Origin: Hydrolagus affinis
Lineage: Eukaryota
DNA length: 64,000 nt
NCBI GenBank assembly: GCA_012026655.1
Contig: JAAILG010001083.1
Span: forward strand, 1 to 64,000
Direction: 5' to 3'
Positions 1-11,906 of this stretch are shown one piece after another (the stretch's first letter is position 1; each line of letters starts with the position of its first letter). Position numbers and translations under genes: made by a program. The notes under the pieces are model-generated. The model was not told the origin of the DNA. It made no database searches and saw only the letters and a program-made list of their open reading frames with translations.

Positions 1-1042
1 GGGGGGGGGAGAGAGAAACTAAGATCCTACAACAGTAAACGCTACTGTTGGGAAAACTTAGCGAAAAGCTGAATATCCCTTTTGTGCAATTGGCAGTAAA
101 GTGGCTCAAGTCAAATCTTTCTATCAATGAGGCGGATACTTGCTGCACACTGACATGAGTTACCCTGACTGTGGGCTTGTGTTTCCCACCCACCCCCTCC
201 ATACATTTGGGAAATAATAGATGCCACAAATCGTTACTGCAGTGGTGAGCTCATTTCGCAGTAGATTCACAGCAGCACCCCCACCGACCAGACACACCAA
301 TTAGCATTATTTTAATTTTTAATTAATTAATTTTTAATCCTGATCAGACCGAGACCTGATCCCTTTGCCTGAGCTCAACGTGGGAAGGTTCCACTGTTCA
401 GGCAAGTCGGTCCTAGATGCACATTTCCTACGTTGTGTCAAAAAAACAAACAGTGACCTTAATTTGTACGAGTTTGCAAACAGACACTGGCAACCGAGAT
501 TCACCCTGCAGCGGGTCAGTCACACACCAGAGTCACACCACACACTATCTCCAAATTGGTCCTGGCTTGCTACCAGAATGATTTAATAATTTAATAACAA
601 AGTTTATTGTCCAGGCTGAACCTTCAACGCAACACTGAACAAGGGAAATAATGAGTTTAAATGGAAGGGCATTTAAATTGCAGTGATTTTATTAATTCGT
701 GTCCAAATGCTACACACGTAACAACACCTGGAGCCAGATAATGATGCACATTTAGAGGGAGTTTAGTTTTCCTCGTACACACAGCAGCAATGTCTCTGTG
801 GGAAAATATTAGTTTTACCCCCAAAACTCTGTAATAACTCACAATATTACTGTTCACTTATTTGACATTTCACTCGTGTCTGCTAAAACACGTAACTATA
901 ACTACACAGTGTATACACCAATAGTTCTCTTTCAACTCTAGGTTGTAATATGTCTGATGGCAATTCATCTCTGTTCAAAGAAAAAATGTATCTTTTAGTT
1001 TTGTTGGGTCAAAAGTATTCGTTCTGTGAAAGTATAGACTAC

Positions 1043-1061
1043 CTCGCCCTCTGGTGGCCAC
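1043..1061 (-). promoter_or_regulatory. CTCF core motif
   Basis: Minus strand TGGCCACCAGAGGGCGAG, near-consensus CTCF core. Confidence 0.65.
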
Positions 1062-1104
1062 AGGGAGCACAACCACTGTGAGACAGTACTAATGATCCTA
1101 TGGC

Positions 1105-1285
1105 AATAATAATGCCTGCATTTGATGTTTGATGCACGCTTTTCACGTCTTCTAAACGTCTCAAAACCCTTCAGAGAATGTACTGCAAAGTGAATTGACT
1201 GTATATTTTTGGGTGAAACGCGGCAGCCAATTGCGCACAGCAGCGTCCCCCACAAACGGTCGTGGATTGAAATGACCAATTTATC
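1105..1285 (-). mobile_element. 5'-truncated tRNA-Deu SINE (core and tail)
   Basis: Reverse complement of the family body (ggtcatttcaatccacg...gcgcaattggctgccgcgtttc...cagtcaattcac...aaatgcagg). Confidence 0.85.
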
Positions 1286-1466
1286 ACTGTTTTGGGGGAC
1301 TTCAGTGTTGCGACAACACATTATTTTAAAGGTTGGGATTCCAAATCATCATTCCGAGGGGCACACTCCAGGTGCTTCTCTGTTATTGTCTGAAGAATGT
1401 TTCCAATACTGATCATTCTATGACAAATGTTTTATTGTCAAATCATCAACACTGTTTCGTCAACAA

Positions 1467-1563
1467 AGTCAATTCACTTTACGGTATACCCTGAGAAGTG
1501 CATTGAGACGTCGCAAAGATGTGAGAAGGTACTATATCAAATGTAAGGATTACTAGGATTATC
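1467..1563 (+). mobile_element. SINE tail fragment
   Basis: agtcaattcactttac...tatatcaaatgtaaggatta. Confidence 0.75.
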
Positions 1564-1664
1564 ATTCTGATGGGGCTAATATTTGCTTTGAAGAAATCAC
1601 AATTAATGAACTACAGCCACCGATGGAAGACTGCCGAAAGCATTAAGTATTCCCAAAGGACATA

Positions 1665-1850
1665 ATAATATTAATAATAATTCTTCCAATGATACAGTGC
1701 CTTATCACACTATTGATTCATCTCAAAGTGCTTCACAGAATCCACTGCATATTGGATTGTAATTTTTTGGCGAAACATGGAGGCCAATTGTGAACAACAA
1801 TGTCCCACACACAGTTGTGGATTGAGCAAACAATTTTATTTTTGAAGGAT
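1665..1850 (-). mobile_element. Degenerate SINE copy
   Basis: ctcaaagtgcttcacagaa...ggcgaaacatgg...gtcccacacacagttgtggattga. Confidence 0.7.
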
Positions 1851-2006
1851 TACCCTCGGAAGGCCATACAGCAAATAACTAATAAACGCTAGGAAAACAG
1901 AGAAGCGGCGAGTAAGGAAACATGCCTAAGTCTTCACCTAAACCATATGGTTTTCTGTGTGAGCAAAGCAAAGCAGTTGCTCTTTTCATTGTGTTTTGTG
2001 CGAACT

Positions 2007-2024
2007 TACTGACATCTGGTGGAA
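2007..2024 (-). promoter_or_regulatory. CTCF-like motif
   Basis: Minus strand TTCCACCAGATGTCAGTA, same orientation as the 1043 site. Confidence 0.4.
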
Positions 2025-2204
2025 GGAGACGTGAATGACAGAATTTATTTCTCTACAAAATCAGATCACAATTCAACTCAATTACTGTAGTTCAATTATT
2101 CAATTCGTTTATCAGAAAGTTAAAGCTGATCGGTCGGTCCATCATATTGTCACTGTGGAAGGGGCAGTTTTGTTCCATTTGGAAGCACTGCTTCCAAATG
2201 GAAG

Positions 2205-2480
2205 AGAGAGACACACACACTGTCTGTGTGTGTGTCTCTCTCTCTGTTTGGGTGAGTGTGAGTGTCTCTCTCCTCCGTAGTTCTGACTCTTTGTGTCTCT
2301 GTGTGTCTCTCCTCTGAATGGATGGATGTGTTTTTGAGTGTGTGTGTGTGTGTGTCGTTTTGTGAGTGTGTATGTGTGTCCCTCTTTCGTCTGTCTGTAC
2401 ATGTATTTTTATGTCTGTGTGTGTCTCTCTCTGAAACTGTGTTCCTGTGTCCCTATCCAAGTCGCTCTATATGTGTGTGT
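2205..2480. repeat. Compound (TG)n/(TC)n microsatellite, low complexity
   Basis: Degenerate tgtgtg/tctctc arrays. Source of several spurious ORFs. Confidence 0.9.
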
Positions 2481-2711
2481 ACCTCTCACCACCACCTCAC
2501 CACCACACAAATGGGCCACCCAGTTTTGTTCAAAAAAACTAATTAATAAAAATGTTTTGCAATGCTGTAATTTAATATGTGTTATTACCTCATGTTTAGT
2601 TTTGATCAGTAAAGTGAAAAATGTATAATACAGTAGCACCAATCAACTACCCCCACCCCTCCACCCCGCTCATAATAAGAGTAACATGAAGTTGAATAAA
2701 TAAGCATTCAT

Positions 2712-2760
2712 TTTATTGAATCAGGAATAATTTAAGACTGGTACAATAACTAGATTTATT
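2712..2760 (-). terminator. Tandem polyadenylation signals (AATAAA at 2755-2760 and 2712-2717)
   Basis: tttatt hexamers on the plus strand at the end of the repeat-free region, with a G-rich tract downstream on the minus strand. Confidence 0.5.
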
Positions 2761-4283
2761 CCTTAACTGAGACATGATCTTGTGTGAACCATTAATGAAT
2801 CCAATGAGAGACGAGGAGAACAAATGTGATTCAAATGGGATGACACATCATACAGTACACAAAATACTCATTTCCTAGTGTTTTAAAAATGGCTAGAAAA
2901 GTCATCAAAATGCATCACTGTAATCTATTTACAATTTATGTTACAATGAATAAAATGTACATCATATTAAACACGTTCAAAACAACTGTTCCACTTAAAC
3001 CGCTAGGTCCTACAAATAGTTTCCATTGAACAACCATACTCGGTGAAAAATTATCACAAGTAACAAACAGGAGTTTGGTACGATAAACATTACCATGATC
3101 AGCATTTTCATCATTTAATTTCCCCCAAATTTACAGAAAACACTGTCTAGAAATCAAGCTAAAACCATATACAAGTCCTTTCCAGCCTGTACAATTCTTG
3201 GCAGTTTAAAAAAAAAATTAAAAATTTGTTTTTGTCCCGTCTTTTGACTTCCATTGAAATTCAGCATGAACATTTTGCATAGCATCGTCAACTCAGAACA
3301 CTATTTAACAACCAGAGACACCATGATGGGAGGGGAAGTAAAGGACGTTTGGAAGCATTTTTAAAAAAACAAAACACAAATGACAAAAAAATTGAAACAC
3401 AATACACATCGGAAGCAATTCATTCAAACCGTTGGTTTCTGTTCATTCGCTCAACCCACCTCCTATTCCGAGCTAAGCCATAACAACCATCACAGTTTCA
3501 ATGCCACAACAGACAGGACAGTGACCAGGATACCGTAACCGCAAGGCTATGGCGGAGAAATCAAAACATGAGGTATAGTAAAACACGTTGATCAGTCGAA
3601 GTGCGTGAAACACCCAACTCTGTGCGAATACATCACTAAAGTAGGGGGGAAATAGCACAGCACAACAAGCTCCCCACCTTAGAAAGTTTATTACTCAGTC
3701 ACTGGGTGATTTCAATATTTATACATCAATATTTCTGTAGGGTTGGTAGCAGAATTTTTTTTGCAGGGATGGCATTCACATTTATACAATGGATCCCAAG
3801 TTTACAGTTTTTGCACAGTAGGTGATCCACTATCAGTTGCAAACGCTGTAAACTGCAGACCTCACAGTGTGAAATCACTGATTTTCCTCCTTGATTCTCT
3901 TACTGGTAGCAAATTACTTGTTTTTCGTAAAAATTTCCATTTAAAACACGAATAAAAAAACCTTGATCGTTGTAATATTTGAGATGAAATTTCAGCCCTG
4001 TTTCCAGAAACCCAAACAATACAAAATAAATTGCCCAAAGCAATCCCACCCTGAAAGAAAAATTAGTACAAAAGAGTAAGGCATCATTTAATTCCAGCAC
4101 CAGATGTAGCGAAAGGCTTGCGTGGATTTGGCTGAAGGATTGCGGTTATCGCTGAGGTACAGCTCAATCCAGCTTTTTATTTAAAATTCTCTTTTTGTAT
4201 TTGCAAACAAAAATAATAGAAGTGCAATTCCTGTGGAGGTGTTACCAATCCTGGTGAGGATACAAGCCTTTTTGACAATCAAG

Positions 4284-4380
4284 TTGTGTGTGTGTGTGTG
4301 CTCGTGTGTCTGTGCGTGCGCGTGCGTGCGCGTTCTGAATAAGGAAAAGCGAGAGGAGGAGGAGGAGGAGAAGGAGAAAG
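4284..4380. repeat. (TG)n-(TGCG)n and (GAG)n simple repeats in the 3'UTR
   Basis: Directly visible. Confidence 0.85.
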
Positions 4381-5264
4381 CGGGGGAACCTTTTGCTGTT
4401 GAATTCTGGCTCAACCATGTTTCAAGTATCAGAGACCTTTCAGTTGTGAAAGGTAAAGTTGGCTATATATTTTTTCTTCAAAAAAGCTGGTGAAAAACAA
4501 CCGATTGGGGGGTGGGGGGGGGGGGAGTGGTGGGGGGATGTATGTATGTATGTACACCACGGATGAAGCTGAGACCGTAATCATGCACTGGCAGAGAAGT
4601 GGCTTGTTTGAGGATCCGACGAAGAGCAACATGGTTGGAAACTTTAGCACCATTTACCACCTGCATCGTGAGGTTTCTGTGACCCCGTTATTGAAGGGAG
4701 CTGGTTGGAATGTCCAGTGTCCACTGACTGTTTGGGTCGAGAGCAGCATACGGGTTTTTTTTTAGTCTTTTCCAGGACAGTACTTGGCACTCTGTTGGTT
4801 CCATACCTTTATAAAATCAAGTTTCGGTATTTTGTAACGCATTTTTTCTTCATTGGCACGGGATAATTGCCTCGAGCAGTTAAAAGAAGAAATAGTGCAG
4901 TTCTGGTTTACCAAATAAAACTGTGAGGATGAAGGAGGGAAATGAGGGTGGGGAGTGGGGGGATGAGGAGAGAGGAGAGGAGAGTGGGTGGGGTGGGGGG
5001 GGGGCGGGAAAACCCACAAATTGAATTTCCCTTTGGGTTGCCTGCACCCGTTCAAGGGTTAAAATCAAAATAAAGTGTCTTGTACCAGCCTCGCTGTTTT
5101 GTCCTTCTGAAAATGGAGACTTCTTTCTGTTCAACCGAGGAACAAATCGGGTTTCACTCACTTAAAAAAAAACTTACTAGAGTCCTCACCTTCAGCCGAA
5201 GTATTCGGGGGTGGGGGGGAAACGATGGACACAAGAGGCAGAATAGTTCGTCAGAAAAGACTGC

Positions 5265-5390
5265 TCAAAGCGTGGATTCCAGAGACGAGTCAAGAATGTC
5301 ATCGTGGTGGCTGTTGCTGTTGGAGTCACTGTCATAGCTATGGGGACTGGAGTAATTTGCAGCCTCCTGTAGCCTCATCAACATATTCAT
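5265..5390 (-). CDS. NAV2: NAV2 last coding exon MNMLMRLQEAANYSSPHSYDSDSNSNSHHDDILDSSLESTL*
   Basis: tttgtag acceptor, TGA stop at 5265-5267, ends in ESTL (class I PDZ-ligand-like). Confidence 0.96.
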   Translation of the reverse strand: MNMLMRLQEAANYSSPHSYDSDSNSNSHHDDILDSSLESTL

Positions 5391-5613
5391 CTACAAATAA
5401 AAAATGCCAAGCAGGTTCAGGACCACGACAGCAGGTGACACAATCTAAGCTGTAGATCTTACAATCGCTTCTAACATTCAGGTCGGCGAGATGGCTCCAG
5501 ACTTTGCAACCAAACTTTTCCCCTTAATCTGTCGTCTGTTTTTGTTAAAAGAGCGCCGCCTAGCTTGCCGCAGCCGTACAAATTCAAAACTTTAATACTC
5601 TTTTCCAACTCAC

Positions 5614-5817
5614 AAGAGGGTCTCCTTCTATGTTGCTCTGTTGGGGCTGTTTGCTGGAGCCTCCTTCCCTGGTTTGCGTGAAGCCGTCAAAGCCGACATC
5701 TTCAGGCCTCAGCTGTAACAAAGGGGGCCATTCGTGATGCTGCGGAGTGGCGGTCCAGGGGTATGTGTCCATCACCCACTTCGCTGGGTCCTCCCAAGCA
5801 CTTCTCCTCCCGTAGAG
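5614..5817 (-). CDS. NAV2: NAV2 exon LYGRRSAWEDPAKWVMDTYPW...LLQLRPEDVGFDG...IEGDPL
   Basis: ccgatag acceptor, CTT|gtgagt donor, 204 nt. Confidence 0.96.
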
Positions 5818-5909
5818 CTATCGGTTAGAGTTAGAGAGTTACCGCACTTCCAGAGTGATCAGGCAACACTGGTCAAAACCACCCACCTCCAGGTGCATTT
5901 TAACTCATC

Positions 5910-6243
5910 TAATAATAATAATAATCCTCGCATTTGATATAGCGCTTTTCGCGTCTCCTAGACGTCTCAAAGCACTTCACAGAATATACTGCAAAGGGAA
6001 TTGACTGTATATTTGTGGGCGAAACACGGCAGTCAATTGCGTGCAGCAGCGTCCCACAAACAGTCGTGGATTGAAATTACCAATTTTCTTATTGTGTTTC
6101 TTATTGTGTTTTTTTTGTTGAGGGATTATTATTAGGCGTGTGGAGTAAGGAAACTTGCCCAAGGTTTCGCCCTGACCCTGGATTCGAACAAAAGTCTCAC
6201 GCTTGTAAGGCGAGTGCTCGAACCACTGAGCCACACGACTCCA
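5910..6243 (-). mobile_element. Full-length tRNA-derived Deu-core SINE with L2-type tail (SINE2-1_CM-like)
   Basis: tRNA head with A box (TGGCTCAGTGG) and B box (GTTCGAATCC), A-rich linker, Deu-like core (ctgtttgtggga..gctg..cgcaattgactgccgtgtttc), tail aagtgctttgagacgtc...aaaagcgctatatcaaatgcgagg(att)n. Confidence 0.92.
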
Positions 6244-6479
6244 TATATTGATGCAAAATCCACATACAGTACTTTGAATGAACGGATTGAGTCACTTGTA
6301 ATACCACAGCAAACAAAACTGTAGGCAAAGTATGAACAGGAGTGGCCATTCTTCTTCAGTGAACTTACGGACTATAAGTGTTGGCAGACAATCAATCATG
6401 GAGGAGAATAATAGCCTGATCTGGATTTTAAAACAAAATGATGCCTTACTGGCAAATTATTCCAGTGGCCTTTGCTTAC

Positions 6480-6598
6480 CTGCAACCCTTCTCTCACTGC
6501 CTCCAGCAGATAAGGAATAATAGAATAATTCCACAAATCTGTAAACCAAACTCTGGAACCATCCACATCCATTGGGCACGATAGGAACAGCCGAGGAC
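6480..6598 (-). CDS. NAV2: NAV2 exon (G)PRLFLSCPMDVDGSRVWFTDLWNYSIIPYLLEAVREGLQ
   Basis: tatctag acceptor, CAG|gtaagc donor, 119 nt. Confidence 0.96.
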
Positions 6599-7357
6599 CT
6601 AGATATAATGTGATGTAACCGTGAATTCCAATCTTTAACATTTTTTAAGGTTTAGTAAAATCCATAACATGTGTGTGTGTAAAAAAAACACAATATATGG
6701 ACATGGTTGCATTATTGCATTCATTCATTGATGGGGTTTTTTTTGGAAATGGAACCGAGGTAACATTACGTTCTGAAACGATTTCCGCAGTTTGTGACTG
6801 TGATGTACTATTGCATTCATCAACCTCGACAAATGCTTCCCTCAAACCATCTGGACGACAAAGATATTTGTCATGTGGTTGGAGAACTAGATTCTCATCT
6901 GCTTGTTTAATTTGAATAAGAGAAGGCTCAATTTATCCCGCCCCCTCTAAATTTTCAAATAATTCACATGTACTGGGTGCAGTTTGACATCTCAAGACTC
7001 ATATCTGTCCCTCCGCGGAAGTCGAGCATCACGCAATGATAAATGAAGCATCCATAAGCGTGACCTTAATGATAAACGACAATGTATATAATCTCAGCAG
7101 CACGACTGCTACATCCATTCCAACAGCTTTTTGCTCATTCAGGCATTTCAAAATAAACTGTGTGCATTAATCAATGTCATTCACTCTCTCACTTTTTACA
7201 CGCAGGTAACTGCACAGTTATAGATGGTTTGAGGGAGTTTGAATATTTTAATGTAACTCAAAAGTTTTGAAGATGTCGTAAACCACAAAATATCAGTGGT
7301 TTAAGTCCTTCAACTGAACCCTATTTAAAATAAAACCTTTCACTCACTGTCTCTTTT

Positions 7358-7660
7358 TAATAATGATAACAATCCTTGCATTTGTTATAGCTCTTTTCAC
7401 GTCTTCTAGACGTCTCAAAACGCCTCACAGAATATACTGTAAAGAGAATTGACTGTATATTTTATGGACAAAACGCAGCAGCATTTTTGAGCATAGCAAT
7501 GTCCCCACAAACAATCACGGATTGAAGTGACCAATTTATTATTGCTTTTTTTTGAGGGATTAATATCAGGCATGTGGAATAAGGAAACTTGCCAGGAATC
7601 AAACCCAGGTCTCCAGCTTGGCAAGGTGAGTGCTCTAGCCACTAAGCTACAGGACTCCAC
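7358..7660 (-). mobile_element. Full-length tRNA-Deu SINE
   Basis: Same head, core and tail; head ggagtcctgtagcttagtggctagagcac. Confidence 0.9.
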
Positions 7661-7885
7661 AAAGTGTCAAGCAAAGTACCTGTATTTCATATCTCAAAGA
7701 ATTGGAAAATAATAAATAACAAACGGGTGGGTGGAGAAGACTGAATGTGACAGCTTCTTGATGGGCAACAGGTAGAGGATTTTCAACCTTAGTGAAAATT
7801 GCAGATTGGGGTGGTTTGGGGGAGAGGAGAGAGGGCGGGCGAGGGAGAAAGTTCTCATCTTGAAAAAGGAAAAAGAAATAGTTAC

Positions 7886-8082
7886 CGATGGTGACATCAG
7901 AGGAGCTATGAGCTTCGAGGAATCTATTCAGGTGATGCCAGACCTTGGGAGTCCAATCAATAATCTTGACCAGCTCAGTATTCCTCGTCCTGGTGCTGAT
8001 CTCGGTTTCGATCAACTTCCGCCGCAGGTAACGTCCTAGGAAACCTTTGACTGGCTCAGTGTGATTAGCACACAGGACCCAT
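7886..8082 (-). CDS. NAV2: NAV2 exon WVLCANHTEPVKGFLGRYLRRKL...FLEAHSSSDVTI(G)
   Basis: ctgatag acceptor, G|gtaact donor, 197 nt. Confidence 0.96.
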
Positions 8083-8267
8083 CTATCAGCAGGAAAAGAA
8101 AAACAGTGATCGTTTTATGAGCAACGTGTGAAATATGATTCATTTGGCAGAGTCTGGCTTACAGAAAGAGGAGGTTAGATCAAACACATCCATTTGGCAA
8201 AACCATTCTGCACTTTCTGTTTGCTTAAAATGCCTGAGAGTTTCCCATATCTCGGACTGCAGATTTC

Positions 8268-8330
8268 CAACAACAACTTGTATTTATATAGCGCCCTCCA
8301 CGCCGGACGATGTCTCAGAGCGAGTGGTGC
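8268..8330 (-). mobile_element. L2-type 3' tail fragment
   Basis: caacaacttgtatttatatagcgccctccacgcc is the reverse of the L2 end seen at 54160-54228. Confidence 0.65.
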
Positions 8331-8659
8331 AGACACCAATCTTGGTTCCACGATAAAACAGCCCCACCATGAAAAACAGTGGTGCTGTCAACAAGGTCAG
8401 CTAAGGTTACCCCCCCACACCTAGTCACAGTGGCTGAAACACTTCAGCTCCTTCATGTATAGGTTTCCTCCACTGTTATTGTTACAGAGCCTCACTCGGA
8501 TTGGTAGAGTCGGTGGAACCAAGTGAAAACAATCCAAGCTGTTCATTCTCTTAACCACTGCTAGGTGCGCGCCCCCATCAATTGACAGCCAAAAGTACAC
8601 GAATCAAACATTGTTCCATACTTAAGAGTTTACTATCATCAAAGCAACGCAGTACATAC

Positions 8660-8731
8660 CTGAAGTTATGATGAAGCTGGAGGTTAGGAGTTGAGGTTGT
8701 TGCCTGGTTCATTGTGCCAATGATGTAAGGA
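8660..8731 (-). CDS. NAV2: NAV2 exon (C)PYIIGTMNQATTSTPNLQLHHNF(R)
   Basis: ttttccag acceptor, AG|gtatgt donor, 72 nt, sensor-1-like IIGTMN. Confidence 0.95.
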
Positions 8732-8904
8732 CTGGAAAAATATGAAATGTTAATAACGATAATGTTAATAATAACAACTCGAGATAGTTATACCACAAGA
8801 CAGACTGCAATATATTCGCGTCCGTTGCCTTTATTTTCTGACTTTCACATTTTACTGCATGAAAATGCATGCAATAAGCAGGTTCTTCTACAAAAAAAAA
8901 AGAT

Positions 8905-9062
8905 GAATTACATTTGTACAGCGCCTTTCACGTCAGGAGGACATCCCAAGAAGCTGGACAGATCAGGAATCCATACCCGAGCTGGTGGTTGAGATCAAGA
9001 GGGTTGGAGGGTGGTGACTGTAAGGGTAGGAGGGTGACTGAAGGCACTGTCGAAGAGGAGGG
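8905..9062 (-). mobile_element. L2 LINE 3' fragment
   Basis: Tail tacatttgtacagcgcctttcacgtcaggaggacatcccaag followed by ORF2-end-like gcactgtcgaagagg. Confidence 0.55.
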
Positions 9063-9394
9063 ACGAAGCTATACCTAAAATAACTGTGCTCAATGGTTAT
9101 GCACATTCTACATTATTTTATCAAGTCGGATTGTGGCAGCAACACACAAGCTTCTTATAGTGATGTAAAAGTTCAAGGAAATAGGATCTGATGTTAACAT
9201 CACTTGGTGTTGCACTGAACTATACCATACACCGTCACAACACTTCACCGTAAAAGCAAGAAGGTTGCCAGCATCTGTGTTGACCAGAATGTGGTGAGAA
9301 ATCACCCTTCGGGGTCAGAGAGAAAACCTTTCCCGCAAGGAAAGGGAATATTAATGGGGGGGGGGAGAGGAAATTAAGCAAATGCATCATTTAC

Positions 9395-9549
9395 CATCTA
9401 TGGTACTTGCAATTCAAAAGGCCATTAAAGATCTCTCCAAGCGAGCCGACGTGATGCAGGTTGTCGAGGATGATCACACTGGGCATGTCCACTGCGTTGG
9501 ATTCACTGTTACACTGATCTGCGAGATTGGACAGATATTGACGCAGCTC
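9395..9549 (-). CDS. NAV2: NAV2 exon with the Walker B-like VIILDNL (ELRQYLSNLADQC...GLLNCKYHR(C))
   Basis: ttttcag acceptor, TG|gtaaat donor, 155 nt. Confidence 0.96.
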
Positions 9550-10188
9550 CTGAAAACAATTGACAGGTTGTGCGTTAGTCTCTGTGCCAGATCGACATGC
9601 TGCAGCACAATTTACCGCAAGAAAAGGCGTTTCCCCAAACAGCTGTTTAAACATGGAACCAGAAGCTCACTTTTGTGTACGGTAATCCATCATTTGTCAA
9701 ACTGAAGGGCCAGCGGCAAGACCGCTGGAGGAATACACGTTTACAATAATTGATCGATTGGCAATAAGCCAGTGAATTAACTAGACAAGGCACTTGCTTC
9801 AAAACGGTATGGGGCGCTATACTCGACTTCAACACTCCTGGTTCGGAGAAAGTAAACAACATCAACCAGGAATTATTCTTCGGTGACAAAACACAAAATA
9901 ATACAGATGCTGGGAATCTGAAATGTCCACAGTGACATCTGCTGGAGGTGTCTGTGTGGACGTGGGGGTGAGGACGGGAGTAGATTCAGCTGTGATACCT
10001 CCATGATCAAACAGCCAGCCAGCACTCAATGTCGATGCGTGAAGAGCAGCCACTTTGGGGGAGGTGCTGCTTGTAATTGTTCACTTGTGAGATATCCAAC
10101 CATTTCCACGCGATGCAGGCGTGACTATGCTCTGACACGTAGAAACAGGGCGGATGGGAGAAAGGGTGAGTGTTTTAATGTTTCTCAC

Positions 10189-10424
10189 CTTGCATGATTT
10201 GTGATCCACGTTGAACGTAGCAATAACCCCGTCGCTCAGTTCCCTGCCTTCCTTCAGCACCATGTACTCTCCGAGTCGATTGGCAAGGTAGGTTTTCCCA
10301 GTGCCACTCGGCCCCGACAGAATAATGCGACGATGCTCCATTAGAAGCGAGACGTATCGCTGCAGTATTGGCTTTGGGATCAGTGTCTCAAACACAAGGG
10401 AATCCAGGCTGTGCTGAGGTACAC
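10189..10424 (-). CDS. NAV2: NAV2 exon with the AAA+ Walker A motif (IILSGPSGTGKTYLA)
   Basis: ctcaag acceptor, AAG|gtgaga donor, 236 nt, GxxGxGKT P-loop. Confidence 0.96.
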
Positions 10425-10621
10425 CTTGAGCAAAAGGACAAAGTGAAGAATCAACCATTTTACGCACAGAGGACTTTTGAAAGTACTGTAGTAATCACGC
10501 TTCTGGATTAAGAATCTCTCCTCTTATCCATCACACCTCACGAATGATCAAATGTATGTTGTATTTTCGGGAATGGTAGAAGCAAGCGTGGGCTCCAACT
10601 TGCAATACTGTATTCCTTAAC

Positions 10622-10921
10622 TAATCCTTGCATTCGATATAGCACTTTTCACATCCTATCGACGCCTCAAAGCGCTTCACAGAATATATAGTGCTAAGTG
10701 AATTGACTGTATATTTGTGGGCGAAACGCGGCAACCAATTGCGCACAGCAACACATTTCACAAGCGAAATGACCAAATTTATTTTTGTGTTTTTTTTGGA
10801 CTGATTATTATTAGATATGTGCGCGGAGTAAGGAAACTTACCCAAGGTTTTGCCCTGACCTGCCTGGATTCAAACAGGTCTCACGCTTGTACGGCGAGTG
10901 CTCTAACCACTGAGCTACAGA
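10622..10921 (-). mobile_element. Near full-length tRNA-Deu SINE (part of core deleted)
   Basis: Head ctgtagctcagtggttagagcactcgcc and tail both present. Confidence 0.9.
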
Positions 10922-11233
10922 TTGCTGAATTAAGGAATTCTGTTACAATTCCCGGCGTCTACTCCAGAGATAAGATTTGGCACAAATCGGATTCTTTATT
11001 AAGGATTATGGTTGGAAAATGCTGGAAATTTGGCCTCACCCTGTTAATACCCAGGAAACCCAGCAGAGGGAGCCAGTCACCAATTTCAAGGTAGAATTGG
11101 CAAACATCACAAACAACCTTATACCACAATCCCATCCAGTTCACAGGGAAAAATCTTTTGCGTTTATTCATCAAAATTTTTTGCCTTGGCTTGCTGGGGT
11201 CTAGTGCAGCGAAACACTATATCCTACACTATC

Positions 11234-11542
11234 GTGGAGTCCTGTAACTCAGCAGTTAGAGCTCTTTGCAAGCAAGAGAACCTGGATTCAGTTCCAGGCA
11301 GGTCAGGGTGAAAACTTGGGTAAGTTTCCTTACTCCATATGCCTGTAATAATCCCTCAACAACAACAAAAAAATTGGTCATTTCAATCCACGACTGTTTG
11401 TGGGGCACTGCTGTGTGCAATTGACTGCTGTGTTTCGCCCACGTATATACAGTCAATTCACTTTACAGTATATTCTGTGAAGCTCTTTGAAACGTGTAGA
11501 AACGTTTAAAAAGCGCTGTATCAAATGCACGGATTATTATTA
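11234..11542 (+). mobile_element. Full-length tRNA-Deu SINE
   Basis: gtggagtcctgtaactcagcagttagagc...aaatgcacggattattatt. Confidence 0.9.
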
Positions 11543-11737
11543 CGATGGAGGTATTTATCTCAGATTGCTTAGATCGCAATCCGTGCTTTCTTGGAAAATT
11601 ATATGGGTCCTTATTTGCACCTTAAATCCCAATAATGCTGCAACGAAAGAGACTGAAGCCAGCAAAGCAAATCCAAGGGAGGGAGGGAGGGAGGGAGACG
11701 TGCAAGTTGTTTCCTGTAGAAAGTGAAGTGTTTATAC

Positions 11738-11906
11738 CTTTAAGGGACATCATGATTGTGTTGTTTTCTCCCACTAAGTAGCCACACGGTAGAAGCTCAG
11801 GTACATCCGAGCCATTCACACGCCTGATATCTCCGATGCTATAACCCAGAACACTGTCTGAATTCAGGCCTAACTGGCTGACTGGATCCACATGGATAAT
11901 GTATTC
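11738..11906 (-). CDS. NAV2: NAV2 exon EYIIHVDPVSQLGLNSDSVLGYSIG...PELLPCGYLVGENNTIMMSLK(G)
   Basis: ctcctcag acceptor, G|gtataa donor, 169 nt. Confidence 0.96.

Larger units (their letters stand above)
2695..5264 (-). other. NAV2: NAV2 3'UTR (approximate)
   Basis: Follows the stop codon, AU-rich, free of the SINEs common in the introns, and bounded by AATAAA signals on the minus strand. Confidence 0.65.

Noticed and set aside
2035-2642. Cluster of overlapping ORFs rich in HT/CV repeats
   Set aside because: Products of the TG/TC microsatellite.
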